From the NCBI GenBank assembly GCA_963813815.1, contig CAWFAD010000007.1:32001-96000 (forward strand): a stretch of 64,000 nt of DNA. Direction: 5' to 3'. The translations under genes and the position numbers were made by a program. The notes beneath the pieces are model-generated. The model was not told where the DNA came from. It did not search any database and saw nothing but the letters and a program-made list of their open reading frames with translations. Every line of letters begins with the position of its first letter. Within the stretch, counting starts at the first letter, position 1. Of the stretch, positions 44,301 through 51,157 are shown in pieces. The DNA is from an uncultured bacterium (GTDB taxonomy: Bacteria; Krumholzibacteriota; Krumholzibacteriia; Krumholzibacteriales; Krumholzibacteriaceae).

Positions 44301-47300
44301 ACAAGCCCGATCCGGACAGCAGATTCCCCAACGACGAGAAGAAGACGGAATACCCCTGGACGATCGTGGAGGACGTCGGATTCGACGACGATGACTCGAA
44401 GTGCTCCTATCCGACGACGTTCGACGAAGGAACCTGGATCGACAGCTTCTACGTCTATGACGGGATCAACTGCCGGAAGGGGAATCAGCTCCGCGACACG
44501 GAGGACCTCAACGGCAACCTCATCCTCGACCGGGAGAGCGCGTACTACACCGTCTCCTTCAATCTCGTCGATTCGGCCCTCATCGACATTCGCCGCGATT
44601 TTCCCCCGGACGACCCGCTCGGCCGCTGGGACGATTACTGGAGCGAGAAGAATCTCAATCCCCGCAAGGCGTGGCGCAAGTACCGGATCGACCTCTCGAA
44701 GATCGCCTCGGTGTTCGAGGCGCCGCCGCTCGAAGCGATCCAGTACGCCCGCATCTGGATCGAGAATCCCGACTCGCTTGTGGCGTTCTCGAAGGCCCGG
44801 CTCATGGAGTTCGCGGAGTTTCAGTTCGTCGGCAGCCGCTGGCAGTACGACGGCATACGCGATTTCGCCGGCGAGGAGATCCCCGTCGATTCGATCGCGG
44901 CGGGGCAGAAGCTCGTCATCGGCACGATCAACAACAAGGACGACCCCACGCGCTACGTGCCGCCGTACGCCGTCGTCGCGGAGGAGGGGATCACGAACCG
45001 GGAGCAGTCGCTCACGCTCACGTACGAGAACTTCGCCGATACGACGGCCTTCCGGATCGTGAAACCGTTCTTCGGCGAGGGGCAGGATTACCAGCAATAC
45101 GAGGACTTCCAGTTCTTCCTGTTTCCGTACGCCTGCGACGACTCGGTCCACTTCTACCTGCAGCTCGCGACCGACGAGAAAAACTACTACGAGATCGAGG
45201 TGCCCGTCGCCCCGGAGAATCAGGGGAGCTGGCGATGGGTGAACGTGCGGTTCGCCGACCTCACGAATCTCAAGATCGCCGGAGGCGGCGAGAGCGTGGA
45301 GGATCTCATCCGGGACAGCGCCGATCCGTCGATCGCGTACGCCGCCCGCGTCGAGGGGAATCCAAGCCTCTTCCGCGTCCGCTATCTCTACGCCGGGCTC
45401 CGCAACCGGTCGGGCGGAGCGATCGAGCGCGGCGAGATCTGGTTCAACGACATCAGGGTCGGCGGCGTGCGGCGCGACATCGATCACGCGGAGCGCTTGA
45501 GCCTCAGCGCCGATTTCGCCGGCATCCTGCAGCTCGTCGGCGGATGGCAGCGGACGGGAGCCGAGTTCCGCTCGCTGCGGCAGAGCCGCGGCGAGGGATA
45601 CACGACGACCAACTTCTCCCTGAACGGCAAGACGGAGATCAATCACTTCATTCCCACGGCGCGCTTCAATCTGCCCGTCACCTTCAATTTCCTCAACGCC
45701 AGCTCGCTTCCCAAGTACGTTCCGAACAGCGACATCGAGATCGCCGAGGCGGCCGTGCGGGACAGCCTCCGGACCCGGAACGAGGTGTTCGGCTTCACCG
45801 TCGGACTCAATCGCCGGGGGTCGACGAACTTCATCATGCGGAACCTGTTCGACAATCTCCGGGCGAACTTCGGATATTCGCGCAGGCGTCTCGCCACCCC
45901 CGCGGTCCGCGACACGACGACGACGATGAACGGAAGCGTCGGTTACCAGCTCCGGTTCGGCACGGCGAGGGAGCTCACGCTCTTCCGCGGAGTCAAATGG
46001 CGGTACTGGCTCTCGAGCCTGAGCTACGAGGGGAGCGCGGGCACCACCTACTCGGAGAACTACACGATAACGGGGGGCGAGCTCGTCAAGCGTCCGACGG
46101 GGAGAGTCGGCAGCTGGACGAACGGCGTCACGACGCTCTACGAGCCCTTCGAGTCGGTGAAGATCAATTTCGGGCTGACCGAGAGACGCGACCTCGCTTC
46201 GAACAACGAGTTTCACGGCATCCCGATCGGATTCGAAAGCGGCTGGGGCCACTCCTTCAACCTCAACTACCAGCCGGGCAGGAACATCTTCATCCTCTCC
46301 GAGCTGAACCCGCGCTTCGAGTACCGGAGCCGCTACGGCGAGGATCTGAATCCGAATCTCCGGCGAACCTGGACGCGAAGGGATACGGTCGTCACCTATC
46401 CCGACGGCGAACCTCCCGACACGTCGTTCGTCGACGTCCTCGTGACCGATCCCGCCGGGACGCGCGGAGTCAACGCCTCGCGCGACATCGCCATCACGCT
46501 CGATTTCGACGTGGGACTCTACCTGAACCGCCTCGGTCAGGCCCTCGGTCTCGCCGAGAAGCGGGACACCCGGCACCTTCCCCGCGCGGGATCGGTTCCC
46601 TCCCGGCCGACGGGGGCGGGGACGTTTCAGGGTCGGCTCGAAGAGCAGCGGCAGCGGGACGAGCTGCGGAAGGAGAACGCCGGCAAGGTCGTCGCGGTCG
46701 AGGAGGAGGGAGGCGCGCCGGCGGGAAAGACCGAGGCTCCCGTGACGCCGCCCCCGGCGGCCGCGGAGGAGAAAAAAGGCGGGCTGAAGGATCTCGGCGT
46801 CGCGAAGCCGCGCGGGGGAGGGGGCGCGCTCGCGGCGGCGGGCGACACGACGGGAGCCGCGGGGGCGGCCGATTCCGTCTCGGCCGCGCCCGACACCTCG
46901 AAGACGCGCGCTCCGGATCCGCTCCTGCCGATGAAGAAGCTCTTCAAGCTGCTCGGCGCCATCGAGCCCGTGAGAACGAACATAACGATGAACCACTTGA
47001 GCAGGTACGACCGGCTCTACCACCGCTCGTCGGCGTTCTATCAGCTCGGTCTCACGGACGAGGCGGGCGCGGCCGGCCCGAACGGGGAGAGCGAGTCGGA
47101 GCCGCTCGAGGCCCGCAACAACGTCGCGGTGGATCTGAGCTCCCGGATGTCGGTCACGCAGGACATCGGAATTGACGTGAAGGCGAGGTTCAACGTGATC
47201 GATTCCGACCGCCAGGGAAAGAAGTCGACGAACACGCAGAACGTCTGGCCGAGCGTCAACGTCAACTGGCGCGGGATGGAGAAGATAGGGCTCATCGGGA

Positions 47301-47809
47301 GGTACGCGAAGCGGAGCGACATCGGCTTCGGATTCGACCGGCGCACCACGCAGGACGCCGTGGGCAACCAGGTGACGTACTCGCTCGCGCCGAACTGGAA
47401 TCTCGAGTGGAAGAACCGCCTCACGAGCAACCTCAGCTTCACCTACAAGAAGTCCACGACGGTGCGGAACGAGCGGGAAAGCTGGGAGTCGAGCTACAGC
47501 GTCAGCCTGAATCTCAAGTACGACGTCGAGGGAAACAAGGGGCTCGGGCTGCCGCTGCCGTTCATCAGGAATAAAAAGTTCAACTTCAAGAGCACGCTCG
47601 CGACGAACGTCGGTCTCGTGTACGCCAGCAGCATCGCGTTCAACCGGCCGCGCGGGAGCTCGATCGGGGTCACGCCGACCATGTCGTACCGCTTCAGCAA
47701 CAGTATCACGGGATCGCTCGGCATCACCTACAACCGCAACTGGGGAGGGCAATACGGCTACGTTTACCAGCAGCTCGGCGTCCGCGTCGAAGCGGATTTC
47801 AAGTTCTGA
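41348..47809 (+). CDS. sprA: SprA/Sov-like giant outer-membrane beta-barrel (type IX secretion translocon homolog)
   Basis: 2153 aa; signal peptide; G.IGEKINV, INYRG.DDDIIK.IE.GD..LSL, GLFGVK...Q.G, WHLMMRNVYS, LRLFGLD, G.DY.IDY..G, IDDMEG, DFGSI.ED, TEDLNGN, NREQSL, GEIWFN; amphipathic strands and terminal Phe. Confidence 0.82.
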   Translation: MNVTTTGRARHYRTHPAPGRILRALILLSCAVSGAASAQTLDVDLERMSSLMGLRYYIAEHGELPPGYILLGDVGLRPGFLEADFEHRRDVVEFDDEMGLVFRFRVPGEYRFLRKEGRSDLFYFLEPRDLDIPGLSVSIEGIDEILRRTRASSARAAWLEEVRYGLRRERLEKSGKGLLSLDIPIALPKSIERIIGRGEETNLTVQGSERIAISGTSNWCSNCPRTEGQPNQEKFPDLDLDQQLSVSLRGTIGEKINVEIQHSSVGEGVPSTNRVRINYRGFDDDIIKLIEMGDTELSLQGSQLVSYSGAAKGLFGVKAMAQAGPLDLTVIASKEEGESVSGHYAQSGGQSTTIRIQDIDFIKRQFFYFENPGPDLSDPRPGFLGVYGVYGSTDPLFPVVGGTSGDSLEVFVSLVGDEYVNGPDQYRVTGYIDALNNGIGDDEIVFEAVPCRQLYEGTDYELIQVYGLEGNPKYVAIRLSRPLDSGRNLLVRYKAQNLSGEEAFVVGDYGQWAETPFKAEILCRDANNSVGTDETWHLMMRNVYSVGRLSSEATIDLQIQDLDNRDNRYIHLESGVPYLRLFGLDQYNQIGERVSDGRFDAAVPGVLDRSTGFLMIPWYRPFDPDSAFIASFLDPADELEAGFVYGTLDRDAELYQRVLTGTDLDRNHQYDIVLQASSGRRSIQLAAYDIIEGSEVVSVNGSRLARGTDYDIDYLSGEVTIKADIPPDSRISVDYQYKPLFGGGKNSLLGVGANLNFSQNSRLSGTFLYSSMGAPKYAPRVGEEPSRTMVGDLNGSFLFTPGWMTGLANLLPRVDTDAKSTLNLGGEVAMSFPNPNVKGEAIIDDMEGVSESNQVSMLRRSWFPASLPYDSTGAQRPDSNRVEQFFYYNAARTPQQEYFITSRRDLNPDLDPRENATVTTLFFDAVYPGAATPGQWAGVMAAFPASLDLSTAQYVEIWVNDFQTDPSARGGRVHIDFGSIDEDFYKPDPDSRFPNDEKKTEYPWTIVEDVGFDDDDSKCSYPTTFDEGTWIDSFYVYDGINCRKGNQLRDTEDLNGNLILDRESAYYTVSFNLVDSALIDIRRDFPPDDPLGRWDDYWSEKNLNPRKAWRKYRIDLSKIASVFEAPPLEAIQYARIWIENPDSLVAFSKARLMEFAEFQFVGSRWQYDGIRDFAGEEIPVDSIAAGQKLVIGTINNKDDPTRYVPPYAVVAEEGITNREQSLTLTYENFADTTAFRIVKPFFGEGQDYQQYEDFQFFLFPYACDDSVHFYLQLATDEKNYYEIEVPVAPENQGSWRWVNVRFADLTNLKIAGGGESVEDLIRDSADPSIAYAARVEGNPSLFRVRYLYAGLRNRSGGAIERGEIWFNDIRVGGVRRDIDHAERLSLSADFAGILQLVGGWQRTGAEFRSLRQSRGEGYTTTNFSLNGKTEINHFIPTARFNLPVTFNFLNASSLPKYVPNSDIEIAEAAVRDSLRTRNEVFGFTVGLNRRGSTNFIMRNLFDNLRANFGYSRRRLATPAVRDTTTTMNGSVGYQLRFGTARELTLFRGVKWRYWLSSLSYEGSAGTTYSENYTITGGELVKRPTGRVGSWTNGVTTLYEPFESVKINFGLTERRDLASNNEFHGIPIGFESGWGHSFNLNYQPGRNIFILSELNPRFEYRSRYGEDLNPNLRRTWTRRDTVVTYPDGEPPDTSFVDVLVTDPAGTRGVNASRDIAITLDFDVGLYLNRLGQALGLAEKRDTRHLPRAGSVPSRPTGAGTFQGRLEEQRQRDELRKENAGKVVAVEEEGGAPAGKTEAPVTPPPAAAEEKKGGLKDLGVAKPRGGGGALAAAGDTTGAAGAADSVSAAPDTSKTRAPDPLLPMKKLFKLLGAIEPVRTNITMNHLSRYDRLYHRSSAFYQLGLTDEAGAAGPNGESESEPLEARNNVAVDLSSRMSVTQDIGIDVKARFNVIDSDRQGKKSTNTQNVWPSVNVNWRGMEKIGLIGRYAKRSDIGFGFDRRTTQDAVGNQVTYSLAPNWNLEWKNRLTSNLSFTYKKSTTVRNERESWESSYSVSLNLKYDVEGNKGLGLPLPFIRNKKFNFKSTLATNVGLVYASSIAFNRPRGSSIGVTPTMSYRFSNSITGSLGITYNRNWGGQYGYVYQQLGVRVEADFKF

Positions 47810-48728
47810 CGAGCGCCGGAAGGCCGGCGCGAGACGCGGGCGCGTTCTCGCGTCTCTCGCCGCGGCTGCCGCGCTCGCCGCCTGCTCCGCGGGCGGAGAG
47901 CCGGTCTTCGACGCCGGGCGCGCGTACGGCTTTCTCGAGGAGCAGTGCGCGATCGGGCCGCGTCATCCGGGCTCGGCGGGGCACCTCGCCGCGCGGGAAT
48001 ACCTCGTCCGCCGCCTGCGTGAGTTCGGCGCGGTCGTCTCGCAGCAGCCGTTCGAGGCCGTGCTCTCGACCGGCGACACGCTCGCGCTCGTGAACATCGT
48101 CGGATCGTACCGTCCCGGGGAGAGACGGCGCGTTCTCCTCGGCGCCCACTACGACACGCGGCCCCGGGCCGAGCGCGATCCCCTCGAGGAGAACCGCGGG
48201 ACTCCGATACCCGGCGCGAACGACGGAGCGAGCGGCGTCGCCGTGCTCCTCGAGATCGCCCGGCTCCTCGGCGAGCGACAGCCGCCCGTCGGCGTCGACA
48301 TCGTCCTCTTCGACGGCGAGGATTACGGCGAGGAGGGCCGGACGGAGGATTACCTGCTCGGCTCGAAGCACTACGCCTCGCGTCTCGGGGACCGTCGCCC
48401 GGAGGCCGTCATCGTCGTGGACATGGTCGGCGAGCGGGGGGCGCGATTCCCGGTCGAGGGGTTCTCGGAGGCCGCCTCCCCGGGGCTCGCGGCGCGCATC
48501 TGGGGCATCGCCCGCGATCTCGGCATCGAGGCGTTCGATCGGCGGCGCGGCCCGGCGATCATCGACGATCATCTGCCCTTCATCCAGGCCGGGCTCGCCG
48601 CGGTGGACATCATCGATTTCGAGTATCCGCACTGGCATACGCTGGCCGACACGCCGGACAAGTGCGACGCCCGAAGTCTCGACGCGGTCGGCCGCGTGCT
48701 CGTCCGGTTTCTCTGGGGCGGGCGGTAG
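47796..48728 (+). CDS. M28-family lipoprotein resembling Bacteroidota-type glutaminyl cyclase (start codon unresolved)
   Basis: Frame is open upstream of 48060: KAGARRGRVLASLAAAAALAA-C lipobox, FDAGRAY..Q..GPRHPG, GAHYDTRP, GANDGASG, FDGEDYG, DDH, WHT..D. Confidence 0.8.
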   Translation: MSSSDERRKAGARRGRVLASLAAAAALAACSAGGEPVFDAGRAYGFLEEQCAIGPRHPGSAGHLAAREYLVRRLREFGAVVSQQPFEAVLSTGDTLALVNIVGSYRPGERRRVLLGAHYDTRPRAERDPLEENRGTPIPGANDGASGVAVLLEIARLLGERQPPVGVDIVLFDGEDYGEEGRTEDYLLGSKHYASRLGDRRPEAVIVVDMVGERGARFPVEGFSEAASPGLAARIWGIARDLGIEAFDRRRGPAIIDDHLPFIQAGLAAVDIIDFEYPHWHTLADTPDKCDARSLDAVGRVLVRFLWGGR

Positions 48729-48803
48729 AGCCGGCGTTCCGGGGTGCCTCCGCAAGATTTTCCTTGCTTTCACCCGGGGTTTCCGCTACCTATTACAGCG
48801 TGT

Positions 48804-48831
48804 GTGGGGCGCGGGCGCCCCACTTTGTTTT
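48804..48831 (+). terminator. rimP-leader hairpin / attenuator
   Basis: GTGGGGCG-CGGG-CGCCCCAC followed by TTTGTTTT, just upstream of rimP. Confidence 0.7.
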
Positions 48832-48854
48832 ATCGCCGCAGCGGGGGGATCCGC

Positions 48855-49367
48855 ATGACGATCGATCGCGCCGTCGAGGAGCTCGTCACCCGTGAGGTCG
48901 AGACGCTCGGATACGAGCTCGTCAAGATCGAGGACTCGTTTTCGGGAGGGCGGGGCACTCTGCGTATTTTCATCGACCGCGAGGGCGCGGTGATCACGAT
49001 CGACGATTGCGTGCGCGTGACGAAATCGGTCGGGCTCGCGCTCGACGGCCTCCCGACGCTGCCGGGACCGTACCGTCTCGAGGTCTCGTCGCCGGGGTCG
49101 TACCGGCCCCTCGCGAAGGCCGCCCACTACGCGCGCTTCGCCGGCGAACGGGCGAGGATTTCGTACCTCGACGAGGCGGGCAAGCGCACGACGGCGATCG
49201 GAACGATCGCGGGGGCGGAAGAGGCGGCGGTCACGATCCGCGCCGATGACGGCGAGCGGACGATTTCGTACGACAGGATTCTCCGCGCGAACCTCCAGCC
49301 GGACGACGGCTCGAGGGAAGAGCCCCGGGGACCGCGCCGCGGCCGGCGGCCGGGACGGCGGGGATAA
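48855..49367 (+). CDS. rimP: Ribosome maturation factor RimP
   Basis: LGYELV, LRIFID, ITIDDC, YRLEVSSPG..RPL. Confidence 0.94.
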   Translation: MTIDRAVEELVTREVETLGYELVKIEDSFSGGRGTLRIFIDREGAVITIDDCVRVTKSVGLALDGLPTLPGPYRLEVSSPGSYRPLAKAAHYARFAGERARISYLDEAGKRTTAIGTIAGAEEAAVTIRADDGERTISYDRILRANLQPDDGSREEPRGPRRGRRPGRRG

Positions 49368-49372
49368 ACGTT

Positions 49373-49401
49373 TTGACTTTGGCGGTGCGCTGCCCTACAA
49401 T
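49373..49401 (+). promoter_or_regulatory. Internal sigma70 promoter upstream of nusA
   Basis: TTGACT-17 nt-TACAAT in the rimP-nusA gap. Confidence 0.7.
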
Positions 49402-49433
49402 GCGTTGATTAGCCGACAAGGGAGAAGGATGCG

Positions 49434-51134
49434 ATGAACGGCGGCTTCGTGGAAGCATTCGCGCAGATCATACGCGAGAAAAAAGTCGAGAAAAGCACGC
49501 TCGTCGAAATGATCAAATCGAGCCTCGTTTCGGCGGGCAAGCGCAAGTACGGCCAGAACGCCGAATTCCGCGTCGTCCTCGACGAATCGAAGGGAATGCT
49601 CGAGATCTATCGGACCTACCGGATCGTCGATGAGGTCGTCGAGGCCGCGGCGGAGCTGACGCTCGCCGAGGCGAAAAAGATCGACAAATCGGCGAAGACG
49701 GGGGGCGAGATCGAGGTGTATATCTCCCTCGACGAGTTCGGACGCAACGCCGTGCAGACCGCCAAGCAAGTTCTCATGCAGAAGGTTCGCGAGGCCGAGC
49801 GCGATCGCATCTATGACGAATACAAGGACAAGGTGGGCGTCATCGTGTCCGGCACCGTGCGCCAGGTCGATCGCGGGAACATTCTCGTGAACCTCGGCCG
49901 GGCCGAGGCGTACCTCCCGCTCCGCGAGCAGATTCGCAAGGAGCGCTACAATCAGGGAGACACGATCAGGGCCATCATTATCGAGGTGGACAAGAACGCG
50001 AAGGGTCCGCAGGTCACCCTCTCCCGAACGAGCGAGCTGTTCCTCCGCAAGCTGTTCGAGCAGGAGGTGCCCGAGATATTCGACGGCGACGTCGAGATCA
50101 GGAGCATGGCGCGCGAGCCGGGCGGCAGGTCGAAGATCGCCGTCCATTCGCGCAACGACAAGGTCGACGCCGTGGGCTCGTGCGTCGGCATGAAGGGCTC
50201 CCGCGTCCAGGCCGTCGTGAACGAGCTCCACGGGGAGAAGATCGACATCGTGAGCTGGAACGAGGGCCAGAACGAGTTCGTCGCCAAGGCGCTCGCCCCG
50301 GCGCGGGTCTCATCGCTGCGTTTCAACGAGTCGGAGCGTTCGGTGCTCGCGATCGTCGAGGACGACCAGCTCTCGCTCGCGATCGGCAAAGAGGGCCAGA
50401 ACGTCCGTCTCGCGGCCAAGCTCACCGGCTGGAAAATCGATCTCATCACGAACAAGGAGATCGAGCGCCGCGACAAGCTCGACCAGAAGCTTCAGATGGA
50501 TATTTCCGAGATGTACGGCGTCACGCCGAAGATGTCGCAGAAGCTCAAGAGCATCGGCATCCTCACGGTCCAGAAGCTGCACAAGACGCCGCTCGATCAG
50601 CTCCTCGAGATCGAGGGGATCGGCGAGAAGACCGCCGAGAAGCTCAAGAACACCGCCGCCGAGACGATGGAAGAGCTCAACAAGGCGCTCCAGGAGCTTC
50701 TCGAGAAGGAGCAACAGGAGGTCCAAGAGGGCAAGCCGCTCTTCGACGAGGCGGTCTTCGGTCCCGACGGGAAGGAACAGAAGTCGAAGACGACTCTCAC
50801 CGAGGCGGATATCTTCAAGGATCTCGGCGACGAATCCGCGGCGGAGGAGCAGGAGGAGGGCGGCGACGAGGATGAAGAGCCCGGCGAGGAAGGGGCGCTC
50901 CTCGAAGAGCCGTCCGGGGACGGCGCGGAGGAAGACGGCGGCGACGAAGCGGCTGCCGACGAAGCCGACGATGAAGACACGGACGAAGCCGATAAGGACG
51001 AGGCGGAGAGCGGCGAAGCCGGCGAGAGCGAAGACGGCGGCGACGAATCCGGCGAGGCCGAATCCGGCGAGATCGATGCACGGGACTCGGACGGCGAGTC
51101 AAAGGGCGCGTCCGATGACGAACCCGCACGGTAG
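49434..51134 (+). CDS. nusA: Transcription factor NusA with a long acidic C-terminal tail
   Basis: FGRNAVQTAKQ, LSRT, EVPEI, AREPG.RSKIAV, CVGMKGSRV, SLAIGKEGQNVRLA. Confidence 0.97.
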   Translation: MNGGFVEAFAQIIREKKVEKSTLVEMIKSSLVSAGKRKYGQNAEFRVVLDESKGMLEIYRTYRIVDEVVEAAAELTLAEAKKIDKSAKTGGEIEVYISLDEFGRNAVQTAKQVLMQKVREAERDRIYDEYKDKVGVIVSGTVRQVDRGNILVNLGRAEAYLPLREQIRKERYNQGDTIRAIIIEVDKNAKGPQVTLSRTSELFLRKLFEQEVPEIFDGDVEIRSMAREPGGRSKIAVHSRNDKVDAVGSCVGMKGSRVQAVVNELHGEKIDIVSWNEGQNEFVAKALAPARVSSLRFNESERSVLAIVEDDQLSLAIGKEGQNVRLAAKLTGWKIDLITNKEIERRDKLDQKLQMDISEMYGVTPKMSQKLKSIGILTVQKLHKTPLDQLLEIEGIGEKTAEKLKNTAAETMEELNKALQELLEKEQQEVQEGKPLFDEAVFGPDGKEQKSKTTLTEADIFKDLGDESAAEEQEEGGDEDEEPGEEGALLEEPSGDGAEEDGGDEAAADEADDEDTDEADKDEAESGEAGESEDGGDESGEAESGEIDARDSDGESKGASDDEPAR

Positions 51135-51157
51135 GCACGGAAGGGAGAATCATTCGC

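Noticed and set aside
41003..47752. 2249-aa antisense ORF, and other long antisense or alternate-frame ORFs (e.g. 1677-5060, 22819-26184, 50597-54124)
   Set aside because: Shadow ORFs expected from high-GC codon bias; no recognisable motifs; each overlaps a well-supported gene
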